DNA of 64,000 bases from Aureliella sp. (GTDB taxonomy: Bacteria; Planctomycetota; Planctomycetia; Pirellulales; Pirellulaceae), in assembly GCA_963691875.1 (NCBI GenBank), contig OY829846.1, positions 2,656,001 to 2,720,000 on the forward strand, given 5' to 3'. Each line of letters starts with the position of its first letter. Position 1 is the first letter of the stretch. Under the pieces are notes generated by a model. That model had not been told where the DNA came from. It saw only the letters and a program-made list of their open reading frames with translations, and did no database searches. Below are positions 51,073 to 61,293 of the stretch, piece by piece. The position numbers were made by a program, and so were the translations under genes.

Positions 51073-52464
51073 TTAATTTTCTCGCAGACAGTGCATGTTG
51101 GCCATTGAAATGCCACTGACGATGGCGCCAATGATGCCGACGAATCCCTGGTCCGTCCCGCACAAGAAGAGATTCTTCAAGTGAGTCGACCCGTCAAGGT
51201 TCTTTTCGGGCGCCCCGTAAACGGCGCCGTTATCGTGGGATGTAAACCGTCGAATCGTCTTGGGTGTAAACACATCTGTGCCCACGACATTCCGGCGAAA
51301 GTCGGGAATGAATCGCACTGCAGATGCCACGCTGCGGTCATACCACCACATTTTTTGTCGCAAATACTCTTTCTCGTCTAAGTTCTTCCAGGAGTCAAAA
51401 TCGGCAATGGTCGTCAAGCGAATCACGCCTTCGTCCAGGTTGCCCAGCTCGCTAGGATACAAATAGTTGTTCGGGCTACAGATGACACCCGTCCTGGTAT
51501 CGCAAAGTCCTTGCTCTGGTCGCCGCCAGTGAAACTGTTCGCTATCGTTGTAAAAAACAATCGTTTCGCCAAAGCCAACTTCCTTGGGCTGCTTATCCAA
51601 GATGGAGATGGACTCTATGAAGGTAAGCTGACCTGCTCGATCGACCGTTTCAGCACTTAAGTCTGCGCAGAGTCGTTGCGTCTCGATGATGCCCGCGCTA
51701 GAAAGAATGCGTTTGGCCTGCAGCTCTTCGCCATTGTCCAGCACGACACCGACGGCTCTATCACCATCGGTTCTTATCTTTTGAACACCACTTCGCAGCT
51801 TGAGTTCTCCACCCAGCGAACGGAAGCGACGGACAAGATGCTTGAGGATCAGCCGCACTCCCTTGAAGGGCCGAGCAAAGCCTTCCAGAAAGATGCTGCG
51901 GAACATGATGCAAAATTGCCCAAAGTCCATGTCGTCTTCACGAGCGTTGCCATACCACATCAGCGGACAAAGAATCATCTCGATCAGTAGTGGATCGCTG
52001 ATGGTCTCATTGAGGAATTCTCGAGCGGAGCCGCCAAAGTTATCTTGGTTCAGGTCGTCGTAATCGGTTAGCGCGTTCAGCAGCTTTTCGAAGTTGTCCA
52101 CTTCAGATGGAAAAGTTCGAGCAATCTCGCTTCGAAGAAAATCGATTTCATTCGTGAATCCCAATCGGACGCCAGGGAAGGCGATGGCAGAGCCGATTTG
52201 CGGCGACAGCTCGAAGTCGTCCCATTTGAATCGCAGTTGGCGAAGGAGCCTAGCGAGCGGGCCCTTCTTCGTACCAGCGGGTGTGAAGTTGGTGACGGCG
52301 TGCAAACCAACATCGAAATTCCGTCCGCCCTGGCGGTAGAACGAGTTCAAGCCGCCAATCGTCCAGTGCTTCTCAAGAATGCACACTTTCTGATCGTAGT
52401 GTGCGAGGCGAATCCCAGCCGCCAAGCCTGACATTCCAGCTCCGATGATGATCGTGTCGTACAT
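51073..52464 (-). CDS. Phytoene dehydrogenase-like FAD-dependent oxidoreductase
   Basis: IIIGAGMSGLAAG, FDVGLHA, TPKTIRRFT...GAVYG, LFLCGTDQG. Confidence 0.88.
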   Translation of the reverse strand: MYDTIIIGAGMSGLAAGIRLAHYDQKVCILEKHWTIGGLNSFYRQGGRNFDVGLHAVTNFTPAGTKKGPLARLLRQLRFKWDDFELSPQIGSAIAFPGVRLGFTNEIDFLRSEIARTFPSEVDNFEKLLNALTDYDDLNQDNFGGSAREFLNETISDPLLIEMILCPLMWYGNAREDDMDFGQFCIMFRSIFLEGFARPFKGVRLILKHLVRRFRSLGGELKLRSGVQKIRTDGDRAVGVVLDNGEELQAKRILSSAGIIETQRLCADLSAETVDRAGQLTFIESISILDKQPKEVGFGETIVFYNDSEQFHWRRPEQGLCDTRTGVICSPNNYLYPSELGNLDEGVIRLTTIADFDSWKNLDEKEYLRQKMWWYDRSVASAVRFIPDFRRNVVGTDVFTPKTIRRFTSHDNGAVYGAPEKNLDGSTHLKNLFLCGTDQGFVGIIGAIVSGISMANMHCLREN

Positions 52465-52599
52465 CTTCGCTGGAATTCTCTTGGGATGGTCAGTCTAGTG
52501 ATCGGCCTGGGAAAGACGGCGAGCCGAAATCATTACGGCGATCATTGTACAACACCAGTACTCACCACAGATTTTGTGGCTGCGTCATCCGGAACCGTT

Positions 52600-52851
52600 T
52601 TAAAGATCCGCCATCTTCGGCTCAAGATACTTTACTGTGCTGGCCATACTCGCCAACTCGCCATATTCCTCCTCAGGGATTTGAACTCGGTGTCGCTTGC
52701 GGAGTTCCATCACGATATCCAAGAAGTCCATGCTGTCGAGCTCCATCTGCTCACGGAACGACTGCTCATCATTCAGATCGGACAAATCTTCATCGGGAGC
52801 AATCTCGCTCAGAATGTCAATGATTTCGTCACGGATTTCCGCAGGGCCCAT
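52600..52851 (-). CDS. Acyl carrier protein
   Basis: Acidic 83-aa protein with the LDSMD phosphopantetheine site and IPEEEY. Confidence 0.9.
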   Translation of the reverse strand: MGPAEIRDEIIDILSEIAPDEDLSDLNDEQSFREQMELDSMDFLDIVMELRKRHRVQIPEEEYGELASMASTVKYLEPKMADL

Positions 52852-53633
52852 CAGCTAGCTACCTCTGTGGTTGGCATTTCTTGTAGAGTTCCTCACAGTT
52901 GCTTTGCAGCGATTAAGCCTGTGATTTCGGGGAGCAAAAAAGCTTAACCGGAAGATCTTCGATCGTATAGCCTTAATGCGCCCCTGGGTTGCGTTAACGA
53001 GCGCTCATTTTGGCTCATAAATCCTGGCTGGAGACGTGTTCCGCGTACGACCGAAAGGCTGCTGCGGCATTCACTTGCCAAGAATCCGCTTTCCCGCCGT
53101 CCGACACTATCCAGCCGCAAAGATATCCAGCCTTTTACTGGTCAGCAAACGCTTTGACGCCACCCCATGGTCCATTGAGCTTCAACATGTCCTCGATACC
53201 AGCTTGGCGTTCATAAATCACGCAAGCCTTGAGCTTCCACGACTTTGGTGCCGGGAGCCGGTCATTGCTTGCGTTTCTGCTGCGGTAATCGGGAATCTTT
53301 CGACTTTTGGTCTTGCGGATTGCCAACCGCAGTGCGTGCCACGCCGAAACGGTAGCTGCTCCAGGGGATTGAGAGAAATCCTTGGTACACCGTGGCGTGC
53401 CCGGGGCAGATCGGGGGCTCAAATGGGCAATGTGAGACAGACTTGCCAGCGTCGGGCTGCCGCGTCATGACAAACGCTGGCCCGCGGCTAGCGTCGCTGG
53501 CTCACGGGTTGAAACGCAATCGCACCTGCCGCAAACCAAGGCGTGATTGCGAAAAAGCCGCTCTGCGGGTATTCTCGCACCCACGAAAATGACAAGAAAA
53601 TTTTTCCTTCCTCCTTTGGCGAGAAAGTGACCC

Positions 53634-55682
53634 ATGAGCGTTTCCGCAACAACTATCGAAAAAACGGCGATCGACACAATCCGCACCCTCAGCATGGATG
53701 CGGTCCAAGCTGCAAACAGCGGGCACCCTGGGACTCCCATGGCTCTGGCTCCCGTCGCCTACCAAGTATGGGCTGGCACGCTCAACTACGATCCAGCCCA
53801 ACCACTTTGGCCCAATCGCGATCGCTTTGTGCTCAGCTGCGGCCATGCGTCCATGTTGCTTTACTCGATGCTCCACCTCGCCGGGGTGCGTGCCCTGGAT
53901 GAGAACGGCGAAGTCACCGATGCTCCCAGCATCACCCTCGACAACATCAAGAATTTCCGCCAGCTCCACAGTCCCTGTGCAGGGCACCCAGAATATGGCG
54001 AAGCAGCTGGTATCGAGACCACAACGGGGCCGCTTGGACAAGGTGTCAGCAATAGCGTTGGAATGGCGATCGCCAGCAAGTGGCTCGGCGCAACCTACAA
54101 CCGTCCAGATTACGACCTCTTTGATTACAACACCTACGCACTCTGCGGCGACGGTGACTTGATGGAAGGCGTAGCCTACGAGGCTGCATCGATGGCGGGA
54201 CACCTCAAGTTGTCGAACTTGTGCTGGATCTATGACGACAACAAGATCACGATCGAAGGACATACTGACTTGGCGTTCAGCGAAGATGTCGGACGTCGCT
54301 TTGAAGGTATGGGGTGGAACGTACTTCGCGTGGCAGACGCCAACGACGTGCAAGCCCTCTCCGTTGCACTCGACGGCTTCAACAGCTGCGACGACAAGCC
54401 AACTTTGATCATCGTGCGAAGTGTAATTGGCTTTGGCTCGCCTAACAAAGCGGACACCCATGGTGCACATGGCGCTCCTCTCGGCGACGACGAAATCAAG
54501 CTAACCAAGCAAGCTTATGGCTGGCCGGAGGACGAGAAGTTCTTGGTGCCAGATGGTGTTCAAGAACACTTCCAAGAAACTCTGGGCATTCGTGGAGCCG
54601 CAGCGAGCTCTGCATGGCAAGAGCTTTACGAAAAGTACAAGGGCGAGTTTCCCGCCGAAGCAAAACAAATCGATGCGTTCATCGCGGGCGAACTCCCAGA
54701 AGGTTGGGACAGTGGTATCGAGGCTTTTCCTGCAGACGAAAAAGGCATGGCGACTCGAGCCAGCAGCGGCAAAGTGCTGAACATGCTTGCACCAAACTTT
54801 CCTTGGCTCGTTGGTGGTTCGGCCGACCTTGCCCCGAGTACCAATACACTGTTGAAGGAATCGGGGGATTTTGCATCCTCTTCCTACGATGGCCGAAACA
54901 TGCACTTCGGGATCCGCGAACACGGAATGGCTGCCGCCCTGAACGGCATGTCGCTTTCCGGCATCCGGGCCTACGGTGCAACCTTCTTCGTATTCACGGA
55001 CTACCTGCGTCCTTCGATGCGTCTAAGCAGCCTGATGCACCAGCCTGTACTCTACGTCATGACTCACGACTCGATCGGGCTGGGCGAAGATGGACCGACT
55101 CACCAGCCAGTAGAGCACCTTGCTGCCTGCCGTGGCATTCCGGGTTTGTACGTCTTACGTCCAGGGGATGCAAACGAGGTAGCCGAAGCTTACCGAGCGG
55201 CACTTGGCATGAACGATCATCCGTCCGTAATGGTTCTTTCGCGACAAGCCGTTCCGACGCTCGACCGAAAAACACTCAGCCCCGCTGCTGGAACTGCAAA
55301 AGGTGGTTACGTCCTTTCTGACTGCGACGGCACTCCCGATGTCATCATCATGGGCACGGGAACCGAACTATCACTATGCTTGAAAGCGCAAGAAGAATTG
55401 GCGGGTAGCGACATGAAAGTCCGCGTGGTCAGCATGCCATGCATGGAGTTGTTCGATGAGCAGCTGCCCGAGTACCAGGAAAGTGTCCTGCCAACTGAAT
55501 GCAAGGTCCGGATCGCTTGCGAAGCCGGTATTCGCCAGTGCTGGGACAAGTACCTCGGCACAACCGGGCATTTCGTCGGAATGAATTCCTTTGGGGCGTC
55601 CGCTCCGGCTGGCAAACTTTACGATCACTTCAAGATCACCAGCGATCAGATTGTAAGTGTTGCCAAGGTGGCGATGCAGTAA
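53634..55682 (+). CDS. tkt: Transketolase
   Basis: SGHPG, RDRFVLSCGH, TTGPLGQG, GDGDLMEG, FGIREHGM, THDSIGLGEDGPTHQP. Confidence 0.97.
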   Translation: MSVSATTIEKTAIDTIRTLSMDAVQAANSGHPGTPMALAPVAYQVWAGTLNYDPAQPLWPNRDRFVLSCGHASMLLYSMLHLAGVRALDENGEVTDAPSITLDNIKNFRQLHSPCAGHPEYGEAAGIETTTGPLGQGVSNSVGMAIASKWLGATYNRPDYDLFDYNTYALCGDGDLMEGVAYEAASMAGHLKLSNLCWIYDDNKITIEGHTDLAFSEDVGRRFEGMGWNVLRVADANDVQALSVALDGFNSCDDKPTLIIVRSVIGFGSPNKADTHGAHGAPLGDDEIKLTKQAYGWPEDEKFLVPDGVQEHFQETLGIRGAAASSAWQELYEKYKGEFPAEAKQIDAFIAGELPEGWDSGIEAFPADEKGMATRASSGKVLNMLAPNFPWLVGGSADLAPSTNTLLKESGDFASSSYDGRNMHFGIREHGMAAALNGMSLSGIRAYGATFFVFTDYLRPSMRLSSLMHQPVLYVMTHDSIGLGEDGPTHQPVEHLAACRGIPGLYVLRPGDANEVAEAYRAALGMNDHPSVMVLSRQAVPTLDRKTLSPAAGTAKGGYVLSDCDGTPDVIIMGTGTELSLCLKAQEELAGSDMKVRVVSMPCMELFDEQLPEYQESVLPTECKVRIACEAGIRQCWDKYLGTTGHFVGMNSFGASAPAGKLYDHFKITSDQIVSVAKVAMQ

Positions 55683-55718
55683 GCTACTTCACACATCAAT
55701 ATTGGGTTCGAAGCAAAC

Positions 55719-55750
55719 ACAGCTCTCCCAACCTGGAGAGCTGTTTTTAT
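55719..55750 (+). terminator. Rho-independent terminator of tkt
   Basis: 10-bp stem ACAGCTCTCC/GGAGAGCTGT with a 6-nt loop, followed by TTTTAT. Confidence 0.8.
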
Positions 55751-55982
55751 TGGGCGGTAAGTAAAGTCGGATGAATCGCCGACCCAGCTACCCACTAACC
55801 ATTGAATTTCACGTCCCGCGATTGGCGACAAGTTGCCCTATTTGCGGCTTGCTTTAGTCCTGTGGGCTAAGAAGTTGCCGCAAGGATGTTTCCCCCGGCC
55901 ACCTCCGACACTACGCTACCTTGACATGTATCGCCTGGCCGCCGAAGCGCATCTGTCTGGGGGGTAGCAAAGCCGGCGGCTC

Positions 55983-56127
55983 CGCCCACAAAGCTCTATC
56001 GCTGACCTGCTTCCGGATGAGTTCGCGCGTCGGTGTGCTGACGGAGTGAAGGCGTAGCCGGAACGGAATCAGCACACCGAAACCCAACCGAACTCTCGTA
56101 ACAGCTGGATCAAAGAGGCCACTACCA
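55983..56127 (+). mobile_element. Probable IS3-family right-end remnant
   Basis: Encodes RPQSSIADLLPDEFA (cf. the RPHSSL..TPxEF transposase C-terminus); 12-bp hairpin TCGGTGTGCTGA/TCAGCACACCGA; ends CTGGATCAAA...CA. Confidence 0.5.
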
Positions 56128-56347
56128 CGACCCAGCCGAAGAAAAGAGCCAAGTTGCCCTAGAGATCGTAAATGTAGTTTGCCAGCACAAAGTTCATTTC
56201 TCGGTCATCTCTGTCAGCCAGATTGATAATGTCAATGAGCGTTCAAAAAGAGACATCCTTTGACGCCTTTCACCAAGAGCTTAAACGGTGAAAGGGCCAA
56301 AGAAATAGGTGTAAAAGACCGTGACGTCAGTCATGTAAGGATTAACT

Positions 56348-56967
56348 TCAAAACCAGCTCACCATCCATTGAAATGTTGAGTCCATGAAGTTGAATTGAG
56401 ACTGTGGTCGCTCAAGTTCGACCACAATGACACTATCCAGGATACCGACATCACCTCGATTCGTATTGACTCGAAGGTGGCCTTCCATTTGGAAGCAACC
56501 ATTTCCCGACCAATCATTGTTGCCGATCCTGATGACATCAGATCCAGAAAGTTCAGTCAGAGGTACCCATTCGCGGAAGCCTGTACCATAAGCGTCTCGA
56601 CTTCGTCGACTTGGATCCGTGATGAATGTAGATCGCGAAAGATAGTCGTAGCCACACATGGTAACCCAATGGCCGCCTTCACGTTCGTAGACGTTTCGGT
56701 TTTTCGAATACCAACCAACCCCAAGGATCACCAAGGCATCTCCTTCCAGTCCACGCATCATCCAGTTGTCCGATATTTTAGAACTGCAGTCTGCTGGTTG
56801 ATAGCAAGACAAAGCCTTTGTTTGGTTGTACGTAGTACACCCTTGTCCCTGTGGACTTAGGACTGATCCGCGTCGCAGTTTTTCTGCAGTCAGCCGCAAG
56901 TTGAACGGTATGTGCAAAGAATTTCGGGGCCGTTGTTGGCAAGCTTCAAATACAAATTAAGCCAGCA
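56348..56967 (-). pseudogene. Papain-fold/C39-like peptidase remnant
   Basis: GGHWVTMCGYD...FITDPS His/Asp motif present; no catalytic-Cys N-terminus found and upstream frames shift. Confidence 0.55.
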
Positions 56968-57304
56968 TGCTGCCCCCTGAAAAGCAAAGAACGCTTTGGC
57001 CAACCCAGCACAAAGACCAGCCAAACCTGAAATGCCCAAGAAACATTCCAGAGAGGGAAAAACCCCTGCTGCATTTACTGTTGAGCATCGAAGGAATGCT
57101 TTTGTTGTTGGGGAAATGAAGGCTGGACGGAAACATTATGATTAGCGCTCGTGGATTTTATAGACTATGAGCCATGCTGTCTGCATTGGCTGTAGGGTAA
57201 GCAGCTAACGTTGAGAAAGATTGGAAGAAAATACTCTTCGTCACTATCACGATGGAGTCATTTCTCTTCCCTGTTCAATTCCCAAAAGGATAAGGGTGAC
57301 CAGC

Positions 57305-57721
57305 ATGAGCAAGATGAGCAGTGCGGCCTTGGAATTTTTTGATGCTTGTGAGACGGGGACGGGCTGGGAAGGCTGTCTCCCCTATTGCCACGCTAACGCA
57401 ACTTTCTCGGCACAGGCCGATGTTCTGTCGGAAATCAAGACGGTTCAAGCTTATGCGGATTGGATGAAACAGATGATGACCCCAATCCCGGATGGCAACT
57501 ACGAACTAAAGTTCTTTGCAGCAGACGAAGAGCGAAATTGTGTCGCTGCTGTTGCGGTCTTTCATGGCACGCAAACGGGGCCGGGCGGACCGGGTGATCC
57601 AACGGGCAACTCTTTATCTACGGACTACGCGTATGCAATGGAGTTTGACGGCGGCAAAATCTGTCATGTGACCAAAGTCTGGAACGACGTTATCAGCTTA
57701 CGGCAACTGGGCTGGTTATAG
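57305..57721 (+). CDS. SnoaL-like/ester cyclase (NTF2-fold) protein
   Basis: FFDACETG.GWEGC, FHGTQTGPGGP, TDYAYAMEF...KVWND. Confidence 0.85.
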   Translation: MSKMSSAALEFFDACETGTGWEGCLPYCHANATFSAQADVLSEIKTVQAYADWMKQMMTPIPDGNYELKFFAADEERNCVAAVAVFHGTQTGPGGPGDPTGNSLSTDYAYAMEFDGGKICHVTKVWNDVISLRQLGWL

Positions 57722-57744
57722 GGTGATGAACCAAACGAACTTTC

Positions 57745-58104
57745 CTAGTCTTTCTCGCTCCGCTTAGTTGCGAGAAAAAGAGGATGGCTCTTTCGAGCTC
57801 GCCTCTTTCTTCCGATGTTGATCTCGGCGGTTTTTGATAGCTGCTAGCAGAAAGTCAGCAATAGAGAGTCGATCGCAGCATCCGTAAGATTGCCACCAAC
57901 TACGGCTATCTTAGATTGCTCTTCAGGCTGTTGCGTTCGGGCTGACATGTTGGCTTGCTGCTTGTTCTCGGTTTTAGTTGTTGTGGCTTATTAGGCTTTG
58001 AGTCATCCAAGCCATCAGTGAAAAGCTTTTGCTAGGTCTAAATTATGCGCGCCACACGATAGGTCGCTGACAACTTGCCTGGTAAGAATTCGGCCACCCC
58101 GGGT
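57745..58104. repeat. Uninterrupted backbone copy: frameshifted small ORF (start 57948, minus strand) and cos-like copy 3 (58016-58104)
   Basis: Matches 30521-30598 and 31838-32109; 2-bp CT insertion (GACTCTCTATTG) in the ORF; core ACGATAGGTCGCT at 58056-58068. Confidence 0.88.
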
Positions 58105-58221
58105 AAGCCAACCAAGCATTGCCTTGTCAGTTGATAGGATGCAACACCGACGCTCGTTGCAGTTAAAAGAAGTGAAACGCTAAACGCGTAATTTCTGTGG
58201 TTTTCGCGCTATCCGCCAGGA

Positions 58222-58587
58222 TTACAATCTGCATTTGGGCGAGCAGTAAATTCTAGTTGAGCGGTGAGCGATCAAGGTTTTGCCACAGTGCCGGCAGGTT
58301 CTGGTTGCTGCCTGTGCTTTACGTTCGATCGTTCTGGCAAGATCGATGAGATTTCGCATTTGTCTACTCACGCCGGACTGTGTCGAAAAAGTGCCGCGAT
58401 GAGTGGCACCGCAGGAGGGCGTCCCTCGTAGTAAAGGACCCAAATTAGGGGAGGTGCCGCCCAGCAAGAAAAGTACTTGCTGCAGCTCTTCCCTAGTGTT
58501 GAGAGCTTGACATCCTTGATGGATTAAAATCTCAACATCAATATCTTGATAGGCGTGCCTTGTCATCTTTTGAGTCCGCTCTGGCAC
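58222..58587 (-). CDS. Hypothetical protein with C-terminal Zn-finger-like motif
   Basis: CRHCGKTL...YCSPKC; lies just upstream of the cos-like site. Confidence 0.55.
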   Translation of the reverse strand: MPERTQKMTRHAYQDIDVEILIHQGCQALNTREELQQVLFLLGGTSPNLGPLLRGTPSCGATHRGTFSTQSGVSRQMRNLIDLARTIERKAQAATRTCRHCGKTLIAHRSTRIYCSPKCRL

Positions 58588-58910
58588 GTCTTTCGAGTGG
58601 GCAAAGAAAAGCGGTATCTCCCGAGGGCTGAAAATACAGCGTCAATCGATGCCGCAAGTCGCATCATAGCTGCAGTATCAATTCAGTAGGCCGGTGGTCG
58701 GCAAGATAACGGCTAGCCGGACCGTAGATACTCAGACTTCAAAGAGAAGGCGTTCGACGCTTTATAAATAAAGAAGCGACGGCCTGAACTCAATCAAGCT
58801 GCCGCTCTTTTAGAACATTTAGAAACGCTAGCCCTTGGCTAGGGTAGCGAATTGGGCGGGTTAGCGACTTCAAAAGCCTGGACCAATTTATTGGAGCTTC
58901 TCAGTTCGCA

Positions 58911-59781
58911 TCATGGCTGCAGTATCAATTCAGTCGGTCGATGGTCGCTCGTCTTTTCGTCATCCGGAAAATCTCCGGGACGAACGATCACGTTGCAGAC
59001 AGGCTTCCATTCTCGCGCCTTCCCAGCGACAAAAGCGAAGTCAAGCATCGAGTCCGGATAGCGGCCTTCGCCCTGAGAATTGCCAGACCAATTCGTATCG
59101 ACCCATTCCTGCGGCTTGACCCATTGCCAAATATTACCGCGCATCATCGTAGCAAAAGACTGGTTGCCTTCGTGAGTAACAAATGAGTAGTCGAAATTGA
59201 AATCGCCAATGGTAACCATAGGTATCGTCTTGCCTCGCGCCCACTCAGTCAGGCCCAAAGCTTGTTGCTCGCGTAGCTCCTCGTTCCGTCGCGCAAGATG
59301 CACTGCTGCCAGTAGCATTTCGTTATCGGTCTGGCGGTCCCTCAGGTGCACAATCAGTGGTGAACGATGGTTGCCGTCGTTTATTTTGATGCCCTCAATT
59401 TCCTGAGGCTCATCTAGCTCAAGGAGCTCGAAACGACTTGAGTCAAAGATGATTTGCAACCGATCACTAGCGCCACTTCTGCTTTGCACTGAAGTAAATT
59501 TGTCACCAACAGCGCTGGAAAAGATTTCAAAGTTTCGCGGTGACACTTCGCTCCAAGCGTACAAATCGTAGTTGTTAAACTAGGAGAGCTGTGTTGCGAT
59601 GGTCTCTGCTTCACTTCCGCCGGACTCAACATTCCGAAGCCAGAATCCGAATCTCGCTGGTTGTTGGCTGACTCTCAACAGCAGGTACTTCTGCTTCAGT
59701 CTTTTCAATGTTGGGCCGACAGCCCAACAAACCTGCCAGACACAGGAAAGAGCAAACCATGCTTAATCTCCAGTGATTCAT
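58911..59781 (-). pseudogene. Lipoprotein endonuclease/exonuclease/phosphatase (EEP) pseudogene
   Basis: Start MNHWRLSM...LLGC; +1 frameshift near 59636 breaks LAWNVESG; in-frame TAG at 59580-59582; downstream motifs SEV, VHLAR, GDFN, LDFAF, SDHRP intact. Confidence 0.85.
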
Positions 59782-60330
59782 CCTTGTTTTCCTTGTCCTC
59801 ACAGATCTTAAGCAATTATTGTCACAAGCAGTGCTACCTCTGACTTACAAACGATCGGGCTTTTTGATCTTATTCATGCTCTCTAATCAACCCCACGTGC
59901 AGTATCTGCTTCTGCTGAACGAGCTCAGCCATCGAGTCATCGATAGGTTTGATCTCCATACAGCCTGTTTACGTTTAGAACACGCAGGATTAGGCGAGTA
60001 TGAGACGGAGACATCCCTACTTTCCTTTTTGGTATGCGTCGCCCCTCACGTCCGCTGCAATTTTGCAATCGGGCATTTGCCCTCAGCGAAGGCAACAACG
60101 CATAGCAGTCGATATCAAAGTATCTCATGATCGCGGCGATCGTACCCGTACTAGGTGGAACGGTGCATGCTCTAAGCACGCGGTCCCAAACGTCACAGAC
60201 ACTCGAAAAGAGCGATGCTGGACCTGTATTTCTCTTGGCTTCTTTTTGCAACAGCTATCAACGCCTGGGTCAGTGTCTACAACGGCCCGTTCTAGCGTAT
60301 CTCGACGCCCTCGATGTCGATTACGCTAAT

Positions 60331-61293
60331 TTAGTAATCCTGCTTCTGTAGCCCTGCAAATGCGTACTCAAGAATATCCTTGCCAGCTAGCGCATCGAGC
60401 CACTCGGAGGGAATTCCCGCACACCCCCAGTATGCACCGGCAAGCTGTCCACAAACTGCACCGACCGTATTAGAATCATGTCCTAAGTTCACGGCTTTAA
60501 TCAAAGCCTCACTAAACGAGTTGGCTTCATCGAATGCCCACAACGCCGCTTCTAAGCACTTGCTGGCATAGTAACTGGCTTGAATTTCGGGAGGCTGCAG
60601 TTGTCTAAAGCTTCCCTTCAAAACGGTCACGACGCTCGAGTGCAGCTCCTGCTCGCTCAGCTGCTGATAAGGCGCCCAGGTCGGGGACAAAACCACATCA
60701 CGACTTTCGCCGGTTAGCAAGCCTTCGAGAATTAACGAGAGGTAACTACAAGCGGATTGGCTTTGCAGACTGACATGAGTAGGGCGACTTGATTCACTTG
60801 CCAGGTCGCTCAGTGAAAATTCATCGTTCTTCACCCCGCCAAAGTGGACAACCACCGGTGCAAGTCGAGCAATTGCACCATTGCTCTCTGGGCTTGCAGC
60901 AAACTGACCGCTTGTCTCAGGATCACGATTCTGCTCATAGTGATAAAGGGCCGATGACATTGTGTTACTGATCTGCGTGCATTTGCCATGCAAGGCATAC
61001 TTGCCATTTCGCCACCAATCCAGATAGCGTTGCATTTGGTCGTTAATATCCCAGCTGCAATTGCTGATACTGTCGGCAAGCGCTACAGCCATGGCAGTGT
61101 CTTCCGACCAGACTCCGATTGGCTGCGTCATTGGCGAGCGGCTGCGAAATCCGTAGATAGGTGTGAAGGATCCTGGCGATTGGTACTCTACGATCCGGCC
61201 GAGCGCGTCTCCGATCGCGAGACCAAAAAAGCAGCCACGCATCCTATCTTCAGTAGTGGTTTGCAAAGTTTGTCTTTTCAACGTTATCGACAC
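60331..61293 (-). CDS. ADP-ribosylglycohydrolase (DraG/ARH family), divergent active site
   Basis: DRMRGCFFGLAIGDALG, WSEDT, NGAIARLAP, CLEAALWAF, AVNLGHDSNTVGAVCGQLAGAYWG...IP..W. Confidence 0.9.
   Translation of the reverse strand: MSITLKRQTLQTTTEDRMRGCFFGLAIGDALGRIVEYQSPGSFTPIYGFRSRSPMTQPIGVWSEDTAMAVALADSISNCSWDINDQMQRYLDWWRNGKYALHGKCTQISNTMSSALYHYEQNRDPETSGQFAASPESNGAIARLAPVVVHFGGVKNDEFSLSDLASESSRPTHVSLQSQSACSYLSLILEGLLTGESRDVVLSPTWAPYQQLSEQELHSSVVTVLKGSFRQLQPPEIQASYYASKCLEAALWAFDEANSFSEALIKAVNLGHDSNTVGAVCGQLAGAYWGCAGIPSEWLDALAGKDILEYAFAGLQKQDY

Noticed and set aside
52860..53630. ORFs or ncRNA in the long acp-tkt intergenic region
   Set aside because: Overlapping short ORFs without motifs; no recognisable RNA family.
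53502..55321. 322-aa and 235-aa alternative-frame ORFs
   Set aside because: Shadows of tkt.
59580..59582. In-frame stop in the EEP gene as recoding (Sec/Pyl)
   Set aside because: It is TAG rather than TGA, at a non-catalytic position, and accompanied by a frameshift; pseudogenisation is simpler.
59790..60330. Partner gene between ARH and EEP forming a defence operon
   Set aside because: Four conflicting short ORFs, none with recognisable motifs or good starts; cannot be supported.
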